DNA of 63,905 bases, filler included, from Octopus bimaculoides (GCF_001194135.2; 6 parts of 6 records of this genome joined end to end with filler, not necessarily neighbours in it); one strand, 5' to 3'; counted from the whole stretch's first letter, positions 12,558 through 24,616 are shown. Made by a program: numbers and translations. Notes: generated from the letters alone by a model not told the origin.

Positions 12558-13858
12558 GACAGACACACGTGTGGATTATCTTATTCTAGATCCTCACTTA
12601 ACATGTTCCAAACACCTTTTCAATGAATTCAACCTAGTTTATTATCACAGAAAGTACCTAATTAACTATACAAGCATCATTTTAGTATATTCAAAGTTCT
12701 TTAAAACAAGATGAAATATTAGTTCACTCATACTTTAAGAATGTGCCTAGCTCCAACATATGTCTACAAGCAACAGCAAAAGCCAAGTTAGGGACAGTTT
12801 GAACACCAACAATACATATATGAAAATAATAAAAAAATTTATGTTTATTAAATATACCTAAAGACATCAGATATGCATATATTTAAAAAAATAACCTATA
12901 AATAATACATCTTGAAAGATCAATGCCATTTAAAAAAGCAATTTAAGAAACATTTTGCCACTACATCCATGTGTACTACTATCGAAGAAGGATCACCATG
13001 AAAGCAAAATGATAGACAAATGTAAAACAATGATGAATGATTGAAATGACTTACCATGTGATCCTTACAATAGGTTAGGTATAGATCCAAAACCCAGAAC
13101 AGCAAAAGATATCTGGTCTTATGAAGTATAATGGAATCAAAAGATGAGGCAACAAGCTCAACCTGCTGTATTGTTTCCATTACTTAAACCGTTTTTCTCA
13201 TGAAATACAACACTAATAACAATAATGTTAGCCATACAAGTGACGCACCAGAAATTGCATACATTAGAAATTTTTTAAATATATTAGATTCAAACAACAA
13301 TTTTTATTTGAAAATGTTAATTTTTAGTTTCAAAAGCAATAAAGAAAGAAAGAATATTTCCTCATCCTCAAGAAATATAAAGTAGAGAATTATATTAACC
13401 AAAAGGTGAACATGAAATAATTTATATTTCTTAAAATTCCTTTTTTAATAGAACTCCATTTACTAACATAAAAAGCCAGAATTTCACAACTGAAGCTTCA
13501 AATTGTCATAAGATTTAATAATAATTCCACACTACTTTCTTACTCATTGAAAGTCAATAAATAAGAATGTCATAGTTGTATCAATGAATTTTGAAATACA
13601 GACACTTGTGTATATTTCTATTAATTTTTTTAATTAATTCTATAAATTTCAGCATTAGTACAATGTACATCGTAAGTAACATTTGTTAATGAATTTCAAT
13701 TGTATTATCCACACAATTTATATATATATAAGTAGCTATGTTGAGGAAACACCAACAGATAATTTATATTGAGCTTAATTCTAAGTTTAGCATTCACTTT
13801 ATCTAGCAAATAATTGAGGTCTTATTGAGCCACCATCCATTCCCACTCAGAAAGTTAC

Positions 13859-13970
13859 CTCCCCTCACGGAGTAAAAGGTCAAAGAATTTCCAATAGACA
13901 AACGAAAAATATACACATAATGGGCATCTGTATGGTTTCTTTCTCCAAAAATTTCCCTCAGACATTTGGG
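13859..13970 (-). CDS. Putative internal exon of gene X
   Basis: CTTTTGCCTTAG acceptor, GAG|GTAACT donor, 112 nt, phase 0 to 1: PKCLREIFGERNHTDAHYVYIFRLSIGNSLTFYSVRG. Confidence 0.5.
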
Positions 13971-14408
13971 CTAAGGCAAAAGACGCTTGCTCATGGTGTA
14001 GCAAAGTGTGATCAAACCCAGAACCATATTGTTGTGAAGCAACCATATGGAGATGCATTTTTCCAGTCCACTACATGGACAAAAATTAAAGAAACATTTC
14101 AAATTGTTAAAATTTAATTCCTCTTTTACTGACCTAATAGATGAAGAATATGTTAGAATAGGTGGGGAAAAGGAAAGCAATGTTGGAGACAGCAGAAAAT
14201 TGAAGCTTTCTGGGTACACATTGCAGAAAAAAAAACAAACCAGTAAGCAATTTGTTAACCAAAGTTATATGTTAGCCAAAAGCACTTCCAAGCAGGAGGT
14301 AGATTTTAAAATGGGATTAAACTTGTCAGTTTCAAAGAGGAAAAAAAAAAAAACCCCAAATAAATAAGGGATAAATGACAAGGACGACTAAAAAAGTATT
14401 TGCACGCA

Positions 14409-14414
14409 TTTATT
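14409..14414 (-). terminator. Candidate poly(A) signal for the minus-strand pyruvate kinase
   Basis: AATAAA on - about 1 kb after the PK stop, in a very AT-rich, repeat-free UTR-like stretch. Other AATAAA sites exist, so the assignment is tentative. Confidence 0.3.
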
Positions 14415-15425
14415 AACAATTTAACAAACCATTTTAGACACAAACAAATCTACAATTTATTGAAATATTGTATCTCAAAAATGAAAATTTCATAAAACAG
14501 AAAGAAAAAAACTTCCTAAAATATCAAAATTAAAAACCTAAAACAAATAGAAAGTATTCCTACAAGACTTTTGAAAGAAAAATCTATTCATGAGTTTTAA
14601 ATATATGAAATAATTATCTCAACTTAAGACTTCATATTCAGGAAATGTATTACAATAAATTCTACAACTAAGTAAAGTTATTTTACATTAGATTTGCCAA
14701 ATATATTGAGTTATATTTGTCTTATTCAATGAGTATCAACTAAAATATGAAACATTTTTAGTTTACAAAATTACAAAGGAACCAAGCAGCTAAAATATCA
14801 AAACTGCATTTTGAAATTTTATAAATTCTGGTCCCAGTTGAAAAAAAAAAAAAAAATGAATCAAACAAATGAAATACTTGCAGCAGTATAACATTGTAGA
14901 TTTTTGAGTCTTTTAAAACAGCTTTACAAACAAAATAATTTTTGAAGTTGAACTAATGTTATTTATACTAACAACTGTGTTATTTTGCTTCAGATAGTTA
15001 TTTTTTCTATCAGATTTGATTATTTTTTTCAAATTGAGTTTCTTAGCAATGAAAGTTTCTTGTACAGAAATTTATGCAAACCTTCGTCTTGAAAGTAAAG
15101 ACAATGAAATCACCATCGGGATTAACATAGAAAGAAATGAAAATTTGAGAAACGAAAACTCCAAGTATTATTGTACTTAAATATTCTAGATGTTGCTGCA
15201 GAGGTAGTCGAAAGGTATTACTAAAGTCAATTTTATAGCCACACTTTTCATGGAAAGGATATATCGTTTAAAGTAAGCTATTGTATTTTCTACAAAGTAA
15301 GTCCCTATTTAAGATAGGTAGACATCTGTTATTCTATATAAGAAAAAAAGGTCACTAAATTGAAACAGGAGTTTAGAGTAAGTCTCTAAAGAACTGGCAA
15401 CCCAGCATCATCAAAATCACATCAT

Positions 15426-15634
15426 TCAAAAGTGACTGGACATAATAGGAGTCATTTCATCTCTGCCGGGTGCATTGATAAGTCTCAGCGTGTTAGTGAA
15501 GCCTGAACCAGATTTCCAACCAGTCACAATCACTAGAGGAACTCCCTTGAAGATAAACCCATGGTCATGCCCAGCCTCCAGAGCTCTTTGAATGCGTTTA
15601 TCAACATCCTCAGTCCATTGACTGTCTCTTTTCT
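15426..15634 (-). CDS. PKM: Pyruvate kinase, terminal coding exon
   Basis: CAG acceptor, phase 1: EKRDSQWTEDVDKRIQRALEAGHDHGFIFKGVPLVIVTGWKSGSGFTNTLRLINAPGRDEMTPIMSSHF*; canonical W.EDVD.R and TGW..GSGFTNT.R motifs. Symbol denotes the PKM-like family, not 1:1 orthology. Confidence 0.95.
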
Positions 15635-17434
15635 CTGTGTAGGAAATTTAAACAGAGCATAAGACCTAGAAATGCTTACAAGTAAATGCATTAAGTGTTT
15701 TATTTCATAAAATAATCAAATTCATGCAAATATGTATAAAACAACACACAGGCATAAGGAAAATAAAATAATGGGCAGCACACAAAGGGTAACTGTTTAA
15801 GTAGTTGAAACAATTTGATATATATAATGTTTCATTAAGGTTTTTTAATTCATCACTTTTCTTTATATTTTCAAGATTTTAAAGTAAACTTATTTTTAAA
15901 AAATCTGAACCTTTTGAAATTGAACTTAAAATTTTATGCAAGATAAATATGAATGAAAATGATAATCTTAATAACTATAATAACAGTGATGACAATTGTT
16001 GGAATGAAACTAAATGAAGAAATTATAATTATAATTAAATGAAGAAATTATAATTTGCTTTTAGAATAGAAATTTTACCAGGAACATGTAAGAGAAAGGG
16101 AATATCCCCTTACTAATAATATTCTACAAAATAAAAATATATAACTTAAACATTTTTTAAACTGAAATCATTTATGAAACAAACAATTTATTGAAAATAT
16201 TTAAAAAACAATAAAACAATGTGAAACAAATACATTACAAACTTTCAAATCAAATGATGATATGATACACAGCTAATAGCATTTAAATAACATTTTCTCA
16301 AATTTCTAAAGAATTACTGTGGAAAAAGATAAACATATTTGAATGTATTAGAAACTGATTTAATGTAATGAAAGTAATAACTTTTCTTTTGTATGTAGCA
16401 ACATACCTTGATAATTCTACAATGATCAAAATTTAGTTTACTGAACTTGTTAACAATTGATTCAACCAAAACATTAAATGAAACCAAACTTCAAACCTTG
16501 TGTTGAAAAGGAATTTTTAATGTTAAAGTTCACTTAAGAATGGAAATAAATTGTAATTTTGTAAAAAAATTAAATTCTAAATACATAGTAACCCTTCAAC
16601 TAATATTACAACTCAGTAGAAATGCTAAAATTATGGAGTAATTCCTACAACAAATTGGTTAACTTTTACAACATGCTCAAGATTTTTTTCACATTTAGTA
16701 GCCACCTCAATCATCTCTTTTACCAATATAAAACTTTATTGAAGCTCATCAATTCATTTCACCAGCCGAGTGTTATTCAAGATCCATCACATGCCCAAGG
16801 TATCCTTACTGATCCATGTTGCAATACAAAAATGTTCATGATAAGGCATTAATAAAAAAAGTGCCTTTAACCCAATTTGGTATTCAGATCTTCCTTCATA
16901 AACCAACCAATATTCCAAGTTCAGACAAGCTAATAAAATACTAAGTTCCAACTAAACATTCTATATTAGGCTGGCTGAGGATTCAATAACAAATTGAGTG
17001 AACTCAGGTTTTCAGCCTTCCATAGTAGGCAAGTCTTGCTTAGATAATAGAAAATTGATATTACCAACAAATTTAATTAAGTTTCACCATAGCTTGAAAC
17101 TTCCAAACTTATAAAGTCATTATTAGATCTGACAAAATGGTTACCTTAGATATAACAAAATAGTTTGCTATTACTGGCTTCTAAAAGCAATCATCTTAAT
17201 GGGGAAAATATCTGCGCTACAAATGTATTCATAAACCCATTTGCCATTAATTAATAATTTTGTCTTAATTACTTTGGTATTTTCTCTGTTTAACAAAATG
17301 CAGTACTTTGTTCACATGCATTTTAACAATAAGTTCATCGTGTTAGTGATTGCTAAAAGTAGTAGAATCTCTAAGAATAAACAAAATTGTACATATCTTG
17401 CATAGTTTAATCATTCAATTGAGGGTTAACTTAC

Positions 17435-17553
17435 CTTCATAATAAATTGGAATAATTCCTCTATACATGTGAGCCTGGCGAGCAACCTGTGCAGTTCTAG
17501 TAACAGCCAGGATTGGACAACGTGGACGATAGGCAGAAATAAGATGAGCTGAC
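17435..17553 (-). CDS. PKM: Pyruvate kinase, penultimate exon
   Basis: TTTTTTAG acceptor, AAG|GTAAGT donor, 119 nt, phase 2 to 1: (R)[39 protein letters not shown]; splices in frame to 15634. Confidence 0.96.
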
Positions 17554-17784
17554 CTAAAAAATGAAAAAAATAATATAAGTAAGACTTACAACTGCTACTG
17601 ATTTTCAAGACCTATTTAAATGGAAAGTTATTGCAGTTCATATATATATATATATATACACATATATATAAACAGCAATACAAGGGTAGAAGCAATGTAA
17701 TAGGTAACATTTTATTTGCAATAATTAAATCTGAAAATTTTATTTAGTTTACTAAATTAGATCTTTTGGATTTTAACAGCCATT

Positions 17785-17936
17785 AATCCTTTAGCATTTA
17801 AACCAGCCATATCCAGTCCAAATATTCTACCTGTTTTATGTTAAAACTGGCCAGAGCTTGCCTCTCACACCTACCCTACAATGTAATTCTAAAAATTAAA
17901 CACTCACAACATCAAAATCCCCAAACTATGGGATAA
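17785..17936. mobile_element. Truncated TTAA-type MITE (same family as 49235-49566)
   Basis: TTAATCCTTTAGCATTTAAACCAGCCATATCC...CTCTCACACCTACCCTACAA matches the reverse complement of 49460-49566. Confidence 0.6.
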
Positions 17937-18125
17937 TCTATATATATAAAAATGAGAATGTGTGCGTGTGCGTGCGTGCGTGCGTTTCCCTCGAACTCGG
18001 GAACTACACAGCCAATTTCATTCATATTCTACACATGCCTTACTTAGGGTCCCGGTTGTGTTTTAGTAAAAAAAATGTTTAACTTCTTGCATAGTTCGAG
18101 CCCACAGCAACATAATATCTCCACT
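17937..18125 (+). mobile_element. Helitron/Helentron-like non-autonomous fragment
   Basis: Starts TCTATATATATAAAAATGAGAATG followed by a (GTGC)n/(GT)n microsatellite, a layout typical of rolling-circle non-autonomous elements. Confidence 0.45.
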
Positions 18126-18131
18126 ATTTAA

Positions 18132-19191
18132 CCCTTTCGTTACTATATTTCTGGCCAAAATACACCCCTCATGAGTTTCAATTAAATTCTAAAATAATCA
18201 TGAATTTAGACTAATCTCATTAAACACCTGTAACTTTTTTTATTTATCAACATATTAATGTGATATTTGGAACATAATTAAAGAAAGGATTCTTAATCAA
18301 TTCTTTTGCATAATTTTTGTCTCTAAGTTCTCCACGTACTGGGTGGGNNNNNNNNNNNNNNNNNNNNNNNNNNNNNNNNNNNNNNNNNNNNNNNNNNNNN
18401 NNNNNNNNNNNNNNNNNNNNNNNNNNNNNNNNNNNNNNNNNNNNNNNNNNNNNNNNNNNNNNNNNNNNNNNNNNNNNNNNNNNNNNNNNNNNNNNNNNNN
18501 NNNNNNNNNNNNNNNNNNNNNNNNNNNNNNNNNNNNNNNNNNNNNNNNNNNNNNNNNNNNNNNNNNNNNNNNNNNNNNNNNNNNNNNNNNNNNNNNNNNN
18601 NNNNNNNNNNNNNNNNNNNNNNNNNNNNNNNNNNNNNNNNNNNNNNNNNNNNNNNNNNNNNNNNNNNNNNNNNNNNNNNNNNNNNNNNNNNNNNNNNNNN
18701 NNNNNNNNNNNNNAATTGTTAATAAAAATATTTTTTAAATCTTTTTCTGGTGTAAAATCATCCTCGCTGTCGCCGTCGCTGCTTTCAGTTTCGGATACAG
18801 AAATATCTGATTCATTATCGTTCACCACGTGCTTTTGTAGCTCATTATTCTTTTCTTCGATGTCTCCTTATCTTCTGTTGAAAAACCTTTAAATTCGGAA
18901 TCACTGCTTGATAGCATGAAACTCCTCTCCATCTTCATAGTTGAAAAAAATTAACGCCGCAAAAAATGTGGAAAAAATCTTCCAAAATTCACTGAGTTCA
19001 AATATCACGCCAAATAATGTCAGAGACAATAACTCAACTGTTTGCAAAGTGAAATCAGGTGTTTGAACGAATGTACTAACGAAATTTGGGTTCAAATATA
19101 CATTTAAATAACAATGGGTACGCTCTGCTGGCTACAGCCGTGTCAGTCTTATGAACCAAAAAAATTTTCGGCCGGGTTAGTAATGAAAGGG
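18132..19191 (-). mobile_element. piggyBac-like non-autonomous DNA transposon
   Basis: TTAA at 18128-18131 and 19192-19195; TIR CCCTTTC(G/A)TTACTA; broken acidic ORF (NESDISVSETESSDGDSEDDF) like a piggyBac transposase N-terminus. Confidence 0.8.
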
Positions 19192-19330
19192 TTAAGTATT
19201 ACGTGTAAAATACTTTCACTTCAAAAATAAAACTATTCCACTAACTGAGAATCATATTTCGATACTGTAATGACAGATACTTTCACTTTAATGGTTTCAG
19301 AGAGAGAGAGAGAGAGAGAAAAAGAGAGAA

Positions 19331-19392
<62 letters not shown>

Positions 19393-19512
19393 GGAGGGAG
19401 AGAGAGAGAAAGNNNNNNNNNNNNNNNNNNNNNNNNNNNNNNNNNNNNNNNNNNNNTTAATTAATTAANNNNNNNNNNNNNNNNNNNNNNNNNNNNNNNN
19501 NNNNNNNNNNNN

Positions 19513-19545
<33 letters not shown>

Positions 19546-19629
19546 ATATATACATACAAGCACAGACACATTTATTTGCAGACATTCACAGACTTATAGG
19601 CATATGAGCTATTTCAGTCACGGTCTCAC

Positions 19630-19759
19630 TTTAAGCTGAGTCAGATCCAGATCTCCATATTTGTAACCTTTGAATGAGTTAACATAAACCAGATGCTGTA
19701 AGCGATAATAGTCTTGAATACACTGACTAACGACTTTTGAAGATTGATGATTTTCGTAT
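19630..19759 (-). CDS. Putative internal exon of gene X
   Basis: TTAG acceptor, AAA|GTGAGA donor, 130 nt, phase 2 to 0: YENHQSSKVVSQCIQDYYRLQHLVYVNSFKGYKYGDLDLTQLK. Confidence 0.62.
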
Positions 19760-20043
19760 CTAACACACGCACACCCTCCCATGCATATAGACTATAAAAC
19801 CATATATAGACATATGAATGTGTGCGTGTGTGCTCGCGTGTGTATGTACAAAAGAGCACTTTGCAATTCTACCTCATATCTTAATAATCCTTGGTTAAAA
19901 TATTTCGTCTGGAGAATAATTGAAGATGGTAAAGAGTTAAAGAGTTGCCATTCTTTTTATTAGCTATTTTCCAGCCTGTATGGTCCATGTTCAATCACAT
20001 TGCTTGGTACATAAGGGGTGTAATTGTACAGAAGCACTATATG

Positions 20044-20117
<74 letters not shown>

Positions 20118-20199
20118 CATATATATGTGTGTGTGTGTAATAATATATATATATATATATAATAATATATATAATAATTGAAAATTTACTGAAATTGGC

Positions 20200-20640
20200 T
20201 GTCTGAAGTTATTATGCAAATGTTGGAATTTATATTTTTACATTGTTTATAATACGTTTTTGTCATTTTGCAGGTCATAGTATAATCATGGCTAAAAAAG
20301 AAAGATATTACAGCGTCTGAAAAGCAGAAAATAACCAAGCTTTTAATGATAGCATGACCTCTTTGAACATTTTGAAGCAGCTTGGCCGAAATCATCGAAC
20401 AATCAAGAAAAGAATTGAAGATATAACAAAGAACAGGAAACCAAGGTCTGGAAAGGGATTCAAGAACTTTTTCACGAGAGATAAACCTCAGCTGAAACAC
20501 ATTGTCGCTAAGAACGCACTATTCAGTAGTGATAAGGTATTTAATATGACTGGGATTGTTTGAGTAAAGAGGGACATAAGGTGTAGAGTCCTTCGTGACA
20601 TTGGTTCTGTGAAAACATCTCCTATATTCCTGATCCTTTA
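20200..20640 (+). mobile_element. Tc1-like transposase remnant
   Basis: MAKKKDITASEKQKITKLL..MTSLNILKQLGRNHRTIKKRIEDITKNRKPRSGKG resembles the Tc1 N-terminal HTH region; frameshifted. Confidence 0.65.
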
Positions 20641-20725
20641 AGCATTCGTCTAGTTTCCCTTTTGCACTGCTTTTGTCCAACTGTTTCCCCTTGTTGTGTT
20701 CTGTCTGTTCAATCCTTGACATACA

Positions 20726-20761
<36 letters not shown>

Positions 20762-20865
20762 CATAGTATATGTATACTTATATATCTTCATATACACACA
20801 CATCCGTTTATACATTCACGCGCACACATACATTGAAAATGTATGAGTTGCAATTGTATCGTCAC

Positions 20866-20949
20866 CGCTCATAGCATCCAAGAACTAGGTGGAAGCGTTC
20901 ACCAAAAGCGACAGGTGAAGACCTCCACCCAAGTTGGTTTTTGTGGGGT
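20866..20949 (-). CDS. Putative internal exon of gene X
   Basis: CATTCTGATTTCAG acceptor, GCG|GTGACG donor, 84 nt, phase 2 to 2: PHKNQLGWRSSPVAFGERFHLVLGCYE(R). Confidence 0.55.
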
Positions 20950-21340
20950 CTGAAATCAGAATGCAAGCTATCGGAACATATACAGCAATCTGTTTGCATT
21001 ATTTTTTCCGAAAGTCCACCACCAGATGACTGGTAGTTCGGAAGGATGAAAAGCAAATATGTCTTCAGCGAAATTTGAACTCAGAACGGAAAGAGCCAGA
21101 ATAAATACCGCAATACATTTCAGCTAATGCTTCAACGACACTCCTCGTCTACCCTCATAGTTGGGGTTGATAAAGATTATGTTGTTTATTTTAATCACTG
21201 CCTAATTTAAATGTGAACAAGAAAACGATGCTGTATTGTTTCTGATAGTATAGAAGTTAAATTAAACAAGGTAATAAAATTATATTTACTATAATAATGG
21301 CTTAGAAACGAGAGAAAATTAAAAATCTTGAATGCCTTAC

Positions 21341-21394
21341 CTTAGTGTTTCCGCATTCATTTTATGCCAGTTTTGCTTGTAAATTATATCCTTC
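21341..21394 (-). CDS. Putative internal exon of gene X
   Basis: TTTTATTGATGCAG acceptor, AAG|GTAAGG donor, 54 nt; only the phase 2 to 2 frame is open: KDIIYKQNWHKMNAETL(R). Confidence 0.6.
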
Positions 21395-22210
21395 CTGCAT
21401 CAATAAAATCCTTACCACTAATACAGTGGTGTTTATTCAACCGTATATACAACTTCCCTTCACATCCACTCAATAGAAATAATTATTTTCATATATGGAG
21501 CGGTAATATGTCTAACGAGATATTTTACGATATTTTGTTCGCAGCCATCGAAAAGAAATCTTTTATTTGCCGAGATCGATAAAAAGAAGCCTCATTAGAT
21601 AATAACCCTGATCTATTTGCTGTTATATGTTTTCTGTTAGAGAGTAGGATGGTAAGTTAATATTATTCTCAAATTCCCTTTAAGAGGTTTATTTTATCAT
21701 CGAGCTATGTAATCAAGATGGCTTCAATCAAATTTTATGTTGTCGTAGGGAACTAGTTGGAGCTATTTCCATGCTTATTACTCGTTCTAAAATTACATGA
21801 CCATAAGTTTGTTCAGCATGAATTCTCAAATCACTGCAGTGGCTGCAATATATAGCTTAATTCCACTGATTGACGGCTGAATCGCAGACAAGATAAACAA
21901 ATGAATAAATAATATATAAAATAAATAGATACTAGTTTATTTTAGATGATCTATTGACTTAAAAGAAATAGCTACAAATTCTCCCTCAAATCATCCAATT
22001 CTCTTTATAAAAAAAAACACAAGTAAGTTCACAAGTAATCCTAGATGCAGTACGTCTAATAAACAACCGTGCGGATAAAGCTAAAAAATATTGATTATTG
22101 GGATACTCGACCAGGTCAGACTTAAAGTTAAACAACAACAATGCTATATTCGAGTTACTTTTCTACAAGCAATACTCAATGAAAATAAGACTATTATTAT
22201 TAAGATTGTT

Positions 22211-22242
<32 letters not shown>

Positions 22243-22263
22243 TATTATTATTATTATTATTAT

Positions 22264-22770
22264 TCAGTAGTTTTATTTTTATAACGTGCTTTCACTTCAC
22301 TACCGAGCGCAGCTCTGTGCGCCTTGGGTATGTGCTGTGGTTTGCTGTGGTGCTCTTATGTTTACTGTATTGAAAGTGTTTTGCGTAGAATGTGTGCAGT
22401 ACCCAGTAGTGCAATTTTCTGTATGTTATATATATTTGTAAGTCCTGGTGTTTTTGTTATGTATTTGTCTGAATATTTTTTTATTANNNNNNNNNNCCTT
22501 CTTAGCCAGGACTGGGCAGCCAGAGATAATATGATTTATTGTTTCTTGTCGATCTCCACATATTCTACAGTTACTTGTTATATTTCTTTTCATTATGTGT
22601 TTTTGGTAATTTCTGGTGGGGAGGCTTTGGTCTTGTGCAGCAATTAAAAATCCTTCAGTCTCTGCTTTGAGTCCTGAGCTTCTCAGCCATTGCTGGGATT
22701 TTTCTCTGTCTATTTCTTTCGCATTTAGTTTAGCCCAGTATTTACCATGTAGGGGCTTTTCTTGCCATCG
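22264..22770 (-). mobile_element. 5'-truncated R4/Dong-clade non-LTR retrotransposon in a (TAA)n tract
   Basis: WQEKPLHGKY, LKAETEGFLIAAQDQSL, CRICGDRQETINHIISGCPVL (CCHC) and IQKIALLGTAHILRK* motifs; TAA repeats at both ends; 10-N gap inside. Confidence 0.85.
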
Positions 22771-22869
22771 TTATATCATTATTATTATTATTACTTCATA
22801 AAATAATAATTATTATAATCCTTATATAAAATTTCTCATTCGCAATGTCATTGTTGTTATTATTGATTC

Positions 22870-23055
22870 CAAATTTTAGCTCAAGGCCAGCACTTTCGGG
22901 GTAGAGGATAAATCGATTATATCGTATCCAATGTTCAATTAGTACTTATTTTATCGACCCGAAGCGATGAAAGGTAAAAATCGACTTCGGCAGAATTTGT
23001 ACACAGAACGTAAAGACGGACGAAATACTGCTAACGATTCTGCCAGCTTACCGCA
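22870..23055 (-). mobile_element. SINE-like repeat (second family; relics also at about 6500-6700, 21050-21170, 42750-43170)
   Basis: GTACTTATTTTATCGACCCGAAGCGATGAAAGGTAAAAATCGACTTCGGCAGAATTTG...CAGAACGTAAAG core recurs in degenerate form. Confidence 0.55.
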
Positions 23056-24616
23056 TTTGTTGTTATTATTCTTGTTCTGTGGTTAAACCTGAAATCGATT
23101 CTGATCAAATTGATCTATGAGTAAAGAAACACCAACCGTGACCACAGTGCCTTTGTAAGGTTTTGACTAGAACTACATTACCTATTACGCGATTTTATTT
23201 CCCTTATTTAAGATGAGGTATACACTAATTGAAATTTAGCTCTTACTTCCACCTGGTCGACCATCCTCATAGAGCTCTTTTCCTTCGTTAGCATGCACTG
23301 GTATTTCATAAATTGACAGAAAGAAAATGAAAGGAAACTGACCAAAGACATTTAGTTGCAATTCAGATAAGTAAGAGAAGGCCTGCAAAGAACTTAGTAG
23401 ATATTCACCGCCCTAGTAATAATTATTTCATTAGATTATACACAAGCAGGAGAACTGTATTGCAGATATAGAAGTGCCGATGATGATAGAGACGTTTACA
23501 ATTATTATACGGAATAATTCATAGAAATGTCCTATAAATTCAATTGAGTTGAGAACTAAAATATCTAATGATTCAGACCTTTGGGGTTCGTCAGTAAGCG
23601 AGGAGGAGAGAATAGCGTTGATTGAATGGGTTTTAGCCAAGTGAAAACAAAGCTGTAGACACTGTACTGTTTCTGTGAGCTATTCAAGAGCAGTTGCTTT
23701 CCTGGATATTTCTATGCTAATGAGATCGATATGGCTAGTGCTGTTTTTAATAGTGCGGAATAAAACGTTGGCTGAGAGGGAACCAGGGCGTCTGAATCGA
23801 AATTCTGCAAGAAAGTGTTATTCAGCGAGCGTACAAAGTAATCAAACAATAGTATTAAACTGGATGGTGTGCAAGGCATACTATCGGCCCGAAGTGATTA
23901 AGTTTTAAAATGATCCCGACAAAGACAAAATGACTCGTTCATTTCAAAGTAACCCTATCTGTTTGCGTCACTAAAAAAAGAAAAAAAATACACAGAAATA
24001 CAGCGGATGATTAATGAAGTGTATGATTTGCTCCAGAAACCAACGGCATAGTTAGAGTTCGTGTCACACGAGGCATCCCCTGAGATTCCCTATCCCTGCC
24101 CCCCGGACAATACTGCGGATTTATACTGCAGACCCAAAAGTGCCATCCCACAAAAACGTCGCCTGGGGTGGACCACTCCCTTACCTGCCTCTTGCTACGC
24201 TACTGAGAGAAGCATCTCTTTATAACATTTGACCTGCTTGTCTCTAGGCTGGTTGCCTAATTGCATACTAACTCAGTCATTCACACTTTTAATTTACTAG
24301 TAGTTTTGAAATTTGAACATATATTCCGTCTTGTCAAATCTGTTGCTATACTCCTTTTGTCGTCGTTGTTATTGAAGCTCTGTCAGTATGATCGAGCTGT
24401 CCTATGAAGAAAAGCATTCTAGGTGTGGTCATCTGTTTTCGTTAGCAGGTATAGCTTACTTTGTATTATACTATACGACGTTTTATAGAGATATATTCTT
24501 GACAAGTGCTTTCAGCTTGCAACTTCTAGTCACATCGTTTCGGTCATTATATCCTCTGGCTTTCTCCGTGTCGCTGTTGTATTCGGGGTTGTAATTTCGA
24601 ACCGAGAATAAATATA

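Noticed and set aside
13056-13162. Exon-like segment on - with a strong ATG|GTAAGT donor
   Set aside because: No acceptor/frame combination fits between the 13859 donor (phase 1) and the 11888 acceptor without a stop; may be UTR or chance.
13851-14117. Open + strand frame (MGICMVSFSKNFPQ...)
   Set aside because: It is the antisense shadow of the minus-strand exon 13859-13970; no family resemblance or supporting + strand exons.
19630-19759. Resemblance of gene X words to PK (RLQHLV versus RMQHLI) or to the STIL N-terminus (GYKYG versus GTYKYG)
   Set aside because: Only 4-5 residue matches with no flanking alignment.
23437-23635. Catalase-like words DYTQAGELY and downstream EEERIALIEWVLAK on +
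   Set aside because: Short, in different frames, interrupted by stops, with no other catalase exons.
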